Below are positions 1 to 11,819 of a DNA stretch of 64,000 nucleotides, in pieces. The notes beneath the pieces were generated by a model that saw only the letters and a list, made by a program, of their open reading frames with translations, was not told the origin of the DNA and ran no database searches. The stretch comes from Mobula hypostoma (Eukaryota), in contig NC_086097.1 of assembly GCF_963921235.1 (NCBI RefSeq), positions 10,478,001 to 10,542,000 on the forward strand, given 5' to 3'. The translations under genes and the position numbers were made by a program. Position 1 is the first letter of the stretch, and every line of letters starts with the position of its first letter.

Positions 1-720
1 CATCAAGTGTTTTGTTACATCTTCAAAGAATTCAGTCAGGCCTGTAAGGCAACGATCTGCCCTTGACAAAGCCACACTGACTACCCCTAATCAGACTATA
101 TCTCTCCAAAGGCTCAGCAATCTTCTCCCTTGCTTCCCACAGCAGCCTGTAGTATATCTCATTCGGTCCTGGCGACATCTAAATTAATACCTTTCAAAAG
201 CTCCAGAACATCCTTTTTCTTAATGCCTATATGCTCCAGCTTTTCAGAACACTGTAAGTCATCCCCACAATTGCCAAGCTCCTTTTTACTGGTGAATACT
301 GAAGCAAAGTACTGAAGTACATTCAGCCAGAGACTCATTCCACCGAGATGCAGCACAGAGCGTCATAGGAAGTCATTCTTGCCTGTGGCCATCAAACTTT
401 ACAACTTCTCCCTTGGAGGGTCAGACACCCTGAGCCAATAGGCTGGTCCTGGACTTATTTCATAATTTACTGGCATAATTTACATATTACTATTTAACTA
501 TCTATGGTTCTATTACTATTTATTATTTATGGTGAAACTGTAATGAAAACCAATTTCCCCCAGGATCAATAAAGTGTGACTATGACTAAGTACATCCACT
601 ATCTCCTCCGACTCCGTGCACATGTTTCCAGTATCGCTCCTGATTGATTCTATTCTCGCACAGCTCATCCTCTTACTCTTTTTTCCAGCTCTTTCCACTC
701 CATTTTTCTGAGTACTGATG
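1..720 (-). mobile_element. CR1 LINE ORF2 fragment (degenerate), split by a Rex1-like insertion
   Basis: Minus-strand peptides ...MCTESEEIVDVL / QYFASVFT...EHIGIKKKDVLELLKGI resemble the CR1 EN-RT linker seen in other copies in this window. Confidence 0.7.
323..587 (+). mobile_element. Rex1/Babar-like LINE 3' end
   Basis: Ends in AATAAA plus a (TGACTA)n tail. Flanked by an 8-bp duplication AAGTACAT (315-322 / 588-595). Confidence 0.65.
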
Positions 721-849
721 TGGTTGATTGAAACAATATGGATAGGAGAGACTCGTCTAAAGACGGAGCTGGATAGGTTGAGAGATAAGTTAAGGAGGTA
801 ATGCTCTCTTCCTGCCATTTGCACTGTGCCATCAGTACACAGACTCAAA

Positions 850-2090
850 GATCTCAATACCATTTCAAATGTTCCCTCTGCACCTTGAACAGTTGTGGGC
901 CGGGGACTCCCAAGAGTTAATGAGGCTGTCACACTTTTTCACAAGGCTTCGGGAACACCTTTGAATCTTTTCCTGTGTCTGTCTGCTTGTGATAATAATC
1001 CAAGCAGACGGCCTGCTTCAGAAATCTCATGTCATGAATGTTAATTACATGGCCAGGGAAACAAAGCTGTGGATGCTGGTTTTGTAAAGCACTCATGTTA
1101 GTTTGTTTATTCTTCCATGGATTTAGTGAAATTTACAGAGGAAATTTAGGTAATATCTTTCCAGTGATGACTATAAGTAGCTCAGATCTCAGAAACGTGT
1201 TGGAGTTCAGGGACAGCAGCTGCAGAGCGGACTATGAGTTTTGCTACAGGTCTACAACATTGACCTTCAAATATTCTATCTCTCTTATAATAAAAGTCTG
1301 TGCATGCACATTGATGGTGATGGCAAAATTCATCATTGTTACTTGACATGGTCCACTTATTTATTTATTTGGAGATATAACATGGTAACAGGCCCTTCTG
1401 GCCCACAAGCCCATGCTGCCCCATTGCACACATGTGATCAATGAATCTACTAACCCGCATGTGTTTGGACTATGGGAGGAAACGCACACAGTCGCAGGGA
1501 GAATGTACAAACTCCTTACAAACAGTGCTGGGAACTGAATCCAGGTCACTGTAATAGATTTACATTAATCACTACACTGTCTGCCACCCTTTTCATAGTC
1601 ATACTTGGTGAGACGTTTTCCCAGGATTCATCATGGAACCTCATTGTTGGAAGGCGGTGTCAAGTAACAGTGATAGGTTGGTACTCCTGTGGCACAGAGC
1701 AGGGAGACCTCACTGCAGCTATTACAGTCGTACTGTCTGCTTTCTTACAGATGGTCAGGATGACAGCACCTCTGATTGTCGTCTGCTCTTTCCGATTATG
1801 GCGTGGCGATTGTGCAAATCAGAGAGAACTTGCACTCCTCCTGCTTTTACAGGAGGAAGGTTTTCTTTTAGTTGCTCGAGCTAAGCTTCATTGGTATTCG
1901 AGTGACCCAATATTCAAATCATTTTGGAACTGTCCAAACATGAAAGACTTTCACCTAAGACCCAATCAAGTTACTGTCTGCCTTACCATTCAACAGTATC
2001 ATGGCTGACCTTCAACAGCAACAGCATTTTCCAGCACCATCCCCATTTTTCATGATTCCATTAATGCTCAGTAACCAGCTTTGATGGCCG
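850..2090 (-). mobile_element. Old RTE-clade LINE relic
   Basis: Minus strand near 1700-1790 reads IRGAVILTICKKADS..DCNSCSEVSLL with a frameshift, resembling RTE 'RDAxIxxxYKxKGxRxxCxNYRGISLL'. RTE-like C-terminal remnants at ~900-1070. Confidence 0.45.
1357..1590 (-). mobile_element. tRNA-derived SINE with CR1-type tail (HE1/V-SINE-like)
   Basis: Shares the 'tgtaaggagtttgtacattctccc' core with the SINEs at 18105 and 52449. CR1-like 3' tail ending in (TAAA)n. Confidence 0.6.
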
Positions 2091-2629
2091 AATCCCAAGA
2101 ATAAAGTCAAACTTGCACATTAATATGATGCATAGGAATGCAGGTTATTAATTATGAATGATATTAATTTTTTGCAATTAGACTGGAATGAGAGGGATAA
2201 TATTTCAATGCTATATAGATGTATTAAGCTCATACTGTGTTTTGATGTATTATATTAAGGAAAGATAAATGGGAAGTCCATATTTCTGCTGGGACATATT
2301 AGTGAGAACGTGAGGATAAGGGAAAATTGTGACTGTTGTTGAGTACTTAAATATTAGTCATCTCAAAATCATTAGTATTGGGACCTGTAGATACTGCCTG
2401 GCACCTGATATACTAATAAGCATGTGACATATCTTTAGAGAATCACAACTGGTGAAAGTGCTGGAATCAGAAAGGCATATTGGAAGAAAATTATAGTAAA
2501 ATTGAAATGCTATTTTTTTTAATTTGGAAATTAAATTTTGTTTATAATGAGAAATATATACAAAAGAATAAACAGTGTAAAATTCTTTACATTTTTAGTC
2601 ATTTGGTCAAGATGTTGGTCAATACATGA

Positions 2630-3080
2630 AACACTTTTGTAGGAAAGCAGTATCCATCATCAGAGATCGCCACCACATAGGTCACGCTCTCTTCTCAGTG
2701 CTACCATCAGGTAGAAGATACAAGAGCCTTGGGATTCACATCACCAGGTTCAAAAACGCTTACTAGCCCTCAACCATCAGGCTTTTGAGCAAAAAAGGAT
2801 AACTACACTTGTGCGTTCATTCATTGAGATGTTCCCACAACCAATGAGCTCGTTTTAAGGATGGTTTATCTTGTTATTTCATGTTCTAATTATTTATTTA
2901 TGTTTGGATTTGCACCGTTTGTTGCCATCTGCATTCTGGTTGATCTTTCATTGATTCTGTTAAAGTTACCATTCCATAGATTTGCTGAGTATACCCACAG
3001 GAAAATGAACCTCAGGGCTTTATATGGTTTCATACATGTACTTTGATCATTTACTTTGAATACTTTGAGGACTTTGAATG
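2630..3080 (+). mobile_element. Rex1-like LINE 3' fragment
   Basis: Homologous to 24500-25122 (accaggttca..aac..ttact..ccctcaa.catcaggct). (ACTTTGA)n tail. Confidence 0.6.
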
Positions 3081-3289
3081 CTCAGTAGTGTTAACATTTT
3101 TAGAGCACCATTTTCATCCATGGGGGAGGATACACCACATGGGAGGAGAGTGGACCACAGGAGCAGATCTGGGTGAGAATATGATCAAAGAGTCAGAGGG
3201 CAGCAGCGATTACAAAGGGGGAGCAGCGAGCGAGGGTTTCACTGAACTCCCATCGAAGAGAATATTTGGTCCACTCTCGTTCCCTATCA

Positions 3290-3545
3290 TATTCTTTCTT
3301 TTCCTGTTCTTGATCTTTCCCACCCCACTGGTTCACCTATCACCTTCTAGCCAGCCTCCTTCCTCTCCCCCCACCCTTTTATTCTGGCATCTACCCTTAT
3401 CTTTCTCATCCAGAATAAGGGTCTTGGACTGAAGCATTGATTGTCTATCCATTTCCATAGACGCTGTCTAACCTGCTGAGTTCCTCCAGCATTCTGTGAG
3501 TGTGGCTTTGGATTTCCAGCATCTGCAGATGTTCTTATGCTTATG
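3290..3545 (+). mobile_element. Penelope-like element 3' end, decayed hammerhead motif
   Basis: Pyrimidine-rich tract, then 'agggtcttggactgaagcattgattg', then 'acctgctgagttcctccagca..tttccagcatctgcag'; homologous to the PLE 3' region at 32205-32600. Confidence 0.65.
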
Positions 3546-3669
3546 ATTACAAGGAATAGATGTCATTGTATTCCTCATGCATATTCAAATCTTAGGATCT
3601 ATTTCCATACAAAGAGTCACTTTCAATGTAAATTTTGAGGTGAGAGGATAACAGTACTCTGGAAATATG

Positions 3670-4290
3670 GAACGGTATTGCACAAGAGCAGGATCTAGGG
3701 TGCAATGTACAGCATCTATAGCAACCATAATGCCAATTAAATCGAATCCCATCTGCCTGTGCATGACTTTTATCTTCCTTTCTCTGCCTGTTCATATTCC
3801 TGTCTAAATATCTCTTAACTTTTGCTGTCATCCCTGATCCTAGCACTTCACCCGGTAGTGCGTTCCAAACACCTACCACTCTGTGTAAAATCTTGCCTTT
3901 CAATTCCCCTTTAAAATACCACGCACCAACCACATTCTCCTCTCTTCCTTTCACCTTAAAGCTACACCCTCTAGTATTTCTCATTTTTATCTTCGGAAAA
4001 AGACTCTGACTATCTTCCCAAAGTAACACCCACAAAATGCTGGAGGAACTCAGCAGGTCAGGCATAAATAAGCATTTGATGTTTTGGATCAAGACCCTTC
4101 ATCACTCCTGGATTGACTGTTTATTAATTTCCATAGATGCTGCCTGACCCACTGAGTTCCTCCAGCATTTGTGTGTGTTGCTCTGGATTCCCAGCATCTG
4201 CAGAATCTCTGATGTTGCTGACTATTTATCCTGTCTTTATCCTTCCTCCCATAATTTTATATACTTTTATCAGGTTATCTCTCAGCCTCC
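3670..4290 (-). mobile_element. CR1 3' fragment hosting a PLE mini-insertion
   Basis: ORF 3592-4092 contains TRGCSFKVKG...RVVGVWNALPGEV, a CR1 ORF2 C-terminus. Confidence 0.7.
4020..4217. mobile_element. Palindromic PLE-derived mini-element
   Basis: Inverted arms 'cacaaaatgctggaggaactcagcaggtcaggca' / 'tgcctgacccactgagttcctccagcatttgtg'. Degenerate TSD ctgactatcttccc (4006-4019) / ctgactatttatcc (4218-4231). Confidence 0.75.
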
Positions 4291-4294
4291 AGAT

Positions 4295-4300
<6 letters not shown>

Positions 4301-4344
<44 letters not shown>
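4301..4344. repeat. (AG)n microsatellite
   Basis: About 22 AG units, read directly. Confidence 0.95.
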
Positions 4345-4349
<5 letters not shown>

Positions 4350-4769
4350 AATAAAATAAACACATGGAGAAAATAAATAGAAGCATTCAGCTGTACAAGC
4401 TTACAACCTCATTTATATTGTGCTCACATTGAGATAGCTTAGCCTTCTGTGGTGTTAGATTGTACTGGAGGAACTTACTGCATGCTCTGCTCACATCTAT
4501 TTCTCCCATGATTTTCTTGTATCCCCATCCTGGCACTGGTCCAGGGTGTCTATAAAAGAAGATTTTGTTTAATTCATGGCTTTCACAAATTAATTCACCA
4601 GCTCAAAACACAAACCACTTCCAGATCACTACAAACTCTATCTGGTATAAATTGTTACCTCAAGATTCCAGTAATCATCCTGACATAATCCTATCATATC
4701 AGTGGCAAGGTCCAATGAAGCCAAGAGTAGAATTTCTGTCAATTATTCATCCTGCTTTCACCTAAGATG

Positions 4770-5490
4770 AATTGTGACTCCTGAGAGTGCACATCTTGCA
4801 CATCCTTGCATGGGCTCAGGACACTTCCAACACAATCAAAAACGGTCACCAATACCTCTACTGTCTAAGGAGGCTGATGAGAACTGGACTATGCACATCA
4901 ATACGCATGACTGTCTACAGGTGTGCAGAAGAGAGCATCCTAACATGTTACATCTTTGTATGGTACATAAATTGCACTGCGGCAGACAGGAAGACTTTAC
5001 AACAGGTAATCAAAACTGCCAAACACCCAACCAGCACCAGCCTATCCACCAACAAAGACATATATACAGAAAGGTGGTGAAGAAAGAGCAGAAATACCAC
5101 AAAATATTTCACTTACTCTGTTCATGAGCTGTTTGGGAAGGAAGAAACATAGCATCAATCTCAGGACCACCAGACTCAAAAACAGGTACTTTCCCCAAGC
5201 AGTAAGGCTGATCAACACCTCCACCCACGAACACACCCCTCCACATCCCCAATGTGCACTACTTTATCATTTCCTTTCAGAGTCACCTTTTGAACAGACA
5301 CTGCTCACTAGCACCACTTTATGGACATACAATCAATCTATGTACATAAGCTATCTTATGCATTTATATTTATTGTGTATTTATTATTAGTGTGTTCTTT
5401 TATATTCTCCATTGGGACCCGAGTAACAATTATCTTGGTCTCCATTACACTTGTGTACTGGAAATGACAGTAAAAAATCTTCAATTTTGA
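4770..5490 (+). mobile_element. Rex1/Babar LINE 3' fragment
   Basis: Peptides QYLYCLRRL..YRCAEESILTCYIFVWY.NCT..DRKTLQQVIKTA and RTTRLKNRYFPQAVRLIN are typical of the Rex1 C-terminus. Confidence 0.75.
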
Positions 5491-5714
5491 AACCAAAGCA
5501 CACAGGAAGTTATAATTTTGGTATTCCACACGCAATGTGTGGAATACATATACTGTATACTTATTCCCAAATATTACGAAATATACAAAATAAAAATTGT
5601 TCAAATCAAACGGCTGTGGAAAAGAAGTTACTGTTATCATAGCGTGGAATGGAAGACGAAAGGTTCAATTATTGTGTCTAGAGGGCAAAAGTCTTTGACA
5701 ACCAAATACAAAAA

Positions 5715-6352
5715 ATGCTTGTTCTTTGGAGCATGGACCTTCATAAATCAAAATATTGAGTACTGAAGTCGGGATGTTTTGCTGAAGTTATTTAAATAAG
5801 AGATTGTTGAGGCCTAATTTGGAGTATTGTATGCAGTTTTAATCTCCTACCTACTGGAAAGATGTAAATAAGATTGAAAGAGCGCAGAGAAAATTTACAA
5901 GAATGTTGCTGGGACTTGAGGACCTGAATTATAAGGAAAGGTTAAAACTTGATTCCCCAGAACGTAAAAGATTAAGGATAGATTTGAAAGAGCTATACAA
6001 AATTATAAGAGGTACAGATAGGGTAAATGCAAGCAGTCTTTTTCATCTGAGATTGGGTGAGACTAGAACTAGAGGTTATGGGTTAAGGGTGAAAGGTGAA
6101 ATGTTTAAAGGGAACATCATGGGAAATGTCTTCACTCAGAGGATTGTGAGAGTGTGGAACAAGCCACAAGTGCAAGAAATGCACGCGAACTTGATTTCAA
6201 CATTTAAGAGAAGTTTGGATAGGTAGATGGCTGATCGGGGTATGGAGGGCTATGGGCCCACTGCAGGTTAGTACAGGGAGTAGGAAGTTTAATTGGTTGG
6301 TATGAACTAGATGGGCCAGTTTCTGTGTTGTAATTTTCTATATGACTCTATG
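5715..6352 (+). mobile_element. CR1 3' fragment
   Basis: ORF 5903-6226 (LEDLNYKERL..TRTRGYGLRVKG..FTQRIVRVWN). Short tandem-repeat tail. Confidence 0.8.
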
Positions 6353-6421
6353 ATGACCTGAGTTATCAGGTGAGCCTGCAGGTCGGGCACGTTACGGCCA
6401 TCGAAGGGTCAGGTCATCTCT

Positions 6422-7290
6422 CAATAGACAATAGACGATAGGTGCAGGAGTAGGCCATTTGGCCCTTCAAGTCAGCACCGTCATTCACTGTGATCATGGC
6501 TGATCATCCACAATCAGTATCCAGTTCCTGCCTTATCCCCATAACCTTTGATTCCGCTATCTTTAAGAGCTCTATCCATCCCTTTTTTGAAAGCATCCAG
6601 AGTCTTGGCCTCCACTGCCTTCTGGGGCAGAGCATTCCACATATCCACCACTCTCTGGGTGAAAAAGTTTTTCTTCAACTCCGTTCTAAATGGCTTACCC
6701 CTTATTCTTAAACTGTGGCCTCTGGTTCTGGACTCACCCATCAGCGGGAACATGCTTCCTGCCTCCAGAGTGTCCAATCCCTTAATAATCTTATATGTTT
6801 CAATAAGATCCCCTCTCAGCCTTCTAAATTCCAGAGTATATAAGCCCAGTCGCTCCAATCTTTCAACATATGACAGTCCCGCCATCCTGGGAATTAACCT
6901 TGTGAACCTACGCTGCACTCCCTCATTAGCAAGAATGTCCTTCCTCAAATTTGGAGACCAAAGCTGCACACAGTATTCCAGGTGTGGTCTCACCAGGGCC
7001 CTGTACAGCTACAGAAGGACCTCTTTGCTCCTATACTCAATTCCCCTTGTTATGAAGGCCAGCATGCCATTAGCTTTCTTCACTGCCTGCCGTACCTGCA
7101 TGCTTGCTTTCAGTGACTGATGTACAAGAACACCTAGATCTCCTTGTACTTCCCCTTTTCCTAACTTGACTTCATTTTGATATTAATCTGCCTTCCTGTT
7201 CTTACCACCAAAGTGGATAAGCTCACATTTATCTGCATTATCCACATTAAACTGCATCTGCCATGCACCCGCCCACTCACCCAGCCTGCG
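6422..7290 (-). mobile_element. CR1 5'-truncated copy nested in the RTE 3' end
   Basis: ORF 6514-6993 RPHLEYCVQLWSP...TRGHSLRIRG..FFTQRVVDMWNALP. Tail (ATTGTCT)n. Confidence 0.9.
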
Positions 7291-10170
7291 GACGTCTCCT
7301 TGCGGTCCTGGTGCTTTGATGAAGGTCCTTCAGCTGCTGCCCTTCAAATGTGCTGATGCCTTTGCAGACTGCCGGGAGTCAGACATTGCTGTGTTTGGCC
7401 AAGGCCTCCCAAAAAGTCACAGGTATATTGCATGCCATCAAGGACTCTTCCATGCAGTTTTTATAGTGCTCTGTTGGGCCTCCCTGCTTTCTGGTGCCAT
7501 GTACCAGCTCGGAAAAGAATCCCATCTTTGGAAGGAGGTTGTCTTCCATCCGAACCACATGTCCGACCCATTGAAGTTGGGCCTTCATGATCAGTGTCTC
7601 TGTGCCAAAGCTCTCAACCCTTTGTAGCACTTCTGTGCTGGGGGACTCTGTCTTGCCGCGAGGTCCCATGATCTTGTAAAGGTATTGCAGGTGGAACTGG
7701 TCAAGCATCTTGATCTGCCTGCAGTATGGGGTCTATGTTTCACAGCCATACAGTAGAGAAGTCAGGACGACTGCTCTCTAGACTGCCATCTTGGTCTTCA
7801 GCTTAATGTCACTTTCTCCTCACACACATGTTCATAGCCTGTCAAAGAATGCCTCAGCTTTTGCAAGTCTGTTTGAGATGTCTCAACCTAGTCTGCAGGA
7901 GGAGCTGAGGCAGCTTCCCAGGTAGGTGGAGGCATCAATGTTGTTGAGCTGAGTGCCTTCAATCTCAATTCGTGGTCCCACAGGATTGATATGGCGTGTG
8001 GGCTGAAGTAGAACTTCTGTCTTCTGCATGCTGATGGTTAGGCCGAATTTCCTTGTTGCCAGAGTGAGGCAATTAGCAAGCTCCTGCAGGTCCGTTTCAG
8101 TGTGCGCTGCAAGGGCGCAGTCATCTGCAAAGAGGAAGTCTGGTACTATTGCTTCCAGCACTTTGGTCTTGACCTTGAGGCGTCACAGATCAAAGAAGTG
8201 TATCAGTCCTATAGCGAATTGTTATTCCTGCATCAGATGTGAAAGCAGAGAGCAGCATTGTGACAAACAGCTGCTGAACATACTAGGTCCAAGGACAGAG
8301 CCTTGCTTGACACCATTATTTACTAGGAAGGGGTTAGAGGTCTAGCTGTTTTTGATGACTCTGGCCATTATGCTATTGTGGAATGACCTGATAATGCTAA
8401 CCAACCTTGGGTGGGGGCATCCTAAATTGGTAAGGATGTGCTGAAGGCCTGTGTGACTGATGGTATCAAATGCCTTAGTCAGGTCCACAAAGTGGAGGTA
8501 GAGATTCTGGTTCTGTTCCTGGCATTTCTCCTAGATCTGCCTGACAGCGAAGATCATGTCCATTATCCCTCTGTTAGATATGAAACCACACTGGCTCTCT
8601 GACACAATGTCATGAAGGAGGTGAGAGGTAATCTTGTTCAGTATAATACAGGCTGTGATCTTCCAGGCTATACTCAGGAGAGATATGCCTCTGTAGTTGT
8701 CACAGGATCCCCTGCCCCCCTTGTTCTTGTACAGGTGGATAATTTTTGCATCCCTAAAGCCCTGTGGTACACAGGCTTTCTCCCAGAATTGCTGCATGAG
8801 CTCTGTCAGCCTCTGAAGAAGGGTTTTGCTACCCTCCTTTGAAGACTTCTGGTGGGATCCCATCCCAGCCAGGGGCCTTACTTGGCTGCAGCTGGTTGAC
8901 TGCCTTCCTAGCTTCTACCAGTGTGGGGGAATCATCAAGGGCCTCCAAGTCTGGGTGCTGGGTCATGTCTTCTATGGCCTGGTCATCTGTCTGGGATGGC
9001 TTGTTCAGCAGCTGGACAATGATCTGCCCAGCGTTGGACAATGTCACCTTTGTTAGTGAGGAGCACTCAATCCAAGAAGCGGACTGGTGCCATGATGTTG
9101 GAGGAAGGTCTGTACACTGCCTTTAGACCATCAAAAAACTTCTTTGTGTTGTTCTGGTCAGTGCAGTGCCGAAGCTCTTCTGCTTTGGCCTCCCACCACT
9201 GATCTTTCACCTTCCACAGCTCAGCCTGGACCTTACTATGGAGGTGCTTCAAGTGGCTATGTTTGGAGGTTGACTGCTTGTCACTGAGCCAGCTTGCGGA
9301 GGCTTCCTGCTTCTGCTTGAGAAGGGTGATGATATCAGAGATGTTCTCATTGAACCATTCCTGATGCTTCCTCTTGGAGTGCCCAAGAACAGCACTTGCA
9401 GCACAGTACAGGGCGTCTCTGAAGACAGCCCATGCTGTTTCTGGGTCTGCTTCCTCAGGCAGTTCCTCAAGTTGTTCCTCCAGTTTGCTGATCAGCATTT
9501 CTTCGATGCTGGGGTCAGCAAGCTGTTCCACGTTCAGCTTCCACTTAGTGTCAGCCTGCTGGTGCCTGTGCACCCTGACGATCTGAAAGAGCAGCTTGCT
9601 TCTCAGCAGTCTGCACCCCTCATCACTCTGGTGATGATCACATCGCAGATGTCCCGCCACCTTGTGATCACGTAATCAATCAGGTGCCAGTTCTTGGAGC
9701 GCGGGTGCATCCAGGTTGCCTTGTGGATGCCTGGAAGCTGGAAGAGGGTGTTGGTGATTGTCAGCCCATTTTCTGTGCAGAAGGTGAGTAGAAGCTACCC
9801 ATTTGAATTCTCCTTTCCAAGGCCATGCTTGCCAGTGATTTCCGGCAAATACAGTTGATCACTGCCTACTCAGGCATTAAAGTCGCCAATTAGCAAGATC
9901 TTGTTGTCTTTGGGGACAGAGCATAGTAGCTGGCCGAGTTTCTGTTAAAAAAGTTACTTCTTTTCAGAGGTGTAGGCCATGGTGGGTGCGTAGGCACTAA
10001 TCAGAGTCAGGTGAGTCCTGGCTTCTAGAAGCAGCCTCATTACCATGAGGTGATTGTTGATGTCTCCAGGTCCCTGACGGTAGTGAGCCACGTGGCAAAG
10101 TCAGCTCTGGTTTCTCTAGCCTCATCCTTTTCCTTTCCACTCCAGAAAAAAAAGCCCCCACTTCTGCAAT

Positions 10171-10760
10171 TCTCCGATGTAAAATGATATTATATCTGTT
10201 AAATAGGGGACGTGGACAATCTGATTTGATGGAGAATGGATGTGAAAGCACAGAAGAACATGGGGAAAAAAATTCTGAAATGCTCGTTCGCTGCTGTCGT
10301 TACTGCACGGTCGGGAATCTTTCGGAGGGTAGGCCTCAAAATCCCCGGCTTTGCCTGCTGTTGGCGACCGAGAAGGAGGTCGAATCGTTCGGATAATGAT
10401 GGCACTCAGTACTTGGTGTCAGAGAGCTGATCACAGCTCAAAGTTTTCAGATGACTCAGATTCGGACCGTGGTCGGGTATGGCAGGGAGAGTTTTTCTTC
10501 CTTCTCTCTGTCTGCGTGAGATGTGGGACACTTGAGAGACTTTGAACTTTATTGTGCTCATGGACTTCTTCATCAAGTTATGGTATTGTTGCACTGTTGT
10601 AACTATATGTTATAATTATGTGGTTTTGTTAGTTTTTTTCAGTCTTGGTCTGTCCTGTGTTTTGTGATATCACGTCGGAGGTAATATTGTATCATTTCTT
10701 AATACATGCATTACTAAATGACAATAAAAGAGGACTGTGTGTCTTCATAATCTAATCTAA
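10171..10760 (+). mobile_element. Non-coding, non-autonomous retroposon (family X) inserted in the RTE endonuclease region
   Basis: Collinear with 58700-59363. Ends gacAATAAA...(AATCT)n. The RTE reading frame resumes on both sides. Confidence 0.7.
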
Positions 10761-11819
10761 ATTTCACCAGTCTCAGCCGTGTGTGTCTCACTGAGTGCTG
10801 CAATGTTGATGTTCTACTTCTGAAGCATGTGTCCTACGAGTGCAGTTCACCTCTCTGGTCTGTTACTGGTCTTGCTGTCCATGATTGTCCTGATGTTCCA
10901 GGCTCCAACACAATGTTTTCTCAGCTTTCTGGTGGTTCTTCTTTCTTTTGTGGCTTTTGAGGTAGTTCAACCGCAAAATAGATGTCTAATCCACTGCGGT
11001 ATGCTGAAAGGACAGGATAAGGCTAACTTTCTTTAGGTCACCTTTTCCAGACTCTTTCCCACGAGTGGTGAGCAGTGCCGTCCCTGAAGAGGGCTGCTCC
11101 ATCACTAAGATGGCTGCTGAACACTGCCCTTCCCTCGTGAGAAGTGAGCGATCAACCTGCCTTGGCCACCTGAGTGCAGGTCCGTGACTAGTGGCTCCCA
11201 GCACCAACTTGTGCCTGCAACCATCACCATTTGCCCGTTGCCCGCGGTCTTGGGTTGGTTCTGGAGATTGGTGTCACCAAATCCTGGGCAGGAGGTGTAT
11301 GAAGACAATGAGTTGCCCAAGCATCACGATCCCCCTCTTGGTCCAGATGCTGATGTCAAAAAGAACACCAGGTGTAATGTTTTGTTAACAGCTGAACTGC
11401 AGGAGCTGCTAGAATGACGTTGAATCAATAACAGACTGCCTTAGGGGCTCAGACACTGGATTTCTTCCTCACGGTTTACTCGCAAAGTCTTTCCCATGTG
11501 TGGGTATAGCCACAAGGCATGGAGGTTTTAGATCAGAGTTTTCCTTCTCCTAGGTGTGCTGCCTTCAAGGCTAACGTGCCCTACCTGCCCAAAGCAACTG
11601 ACTTTAAGGCATCAGTGACCGGCATTTGCCCCATCTCCTGTCAGTGTAAACAATTCCAACACGTGAAGGCCAGGAGTTGGACTTGGTTATCAGAGGCTAA
11701 TTTCAGACACGCGCCATTAGGAGCACTTTATAGGTAGTGGGGGTTTATCCCCACTACCACCCTGGCTATCGCAGCCTGAGTCATGGAGAAAGGTTGAATA
11801 GATTAGGGCTTTATTTCTA

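Larger units (their letters stand above)
6367..11774 (-). mobile_element. Near full-length degenerate RTE-clade LINE with two nested insertions
   Basis: APE start GAWNIRT near 10900. RT motifs DNYRGISLLS, ESQCGF, FLFADDCAL and C-terminal LQWVGHVVRM. Flanked by a 10-bp duplication cctgagttat (6357-6366) / cctgagtcat (11775-11784). Many stops and frameshifts. Confidence 0.85.

Noticed and set aside
1472..2008. 178-aa plus-strand ORF with an apparent splice acceptor at 1750
   Set aside because: Starts in a SINE and is antisense to a decayed RTE. No recognisable protein.
6548..7120. Long antisense ORFs over CR1/PLE copies (also 41249-41659, 49966-50328) and alternative-frame ORF 32923-33495
   Set aside because: Shadow frames of retroelement coding sequence.
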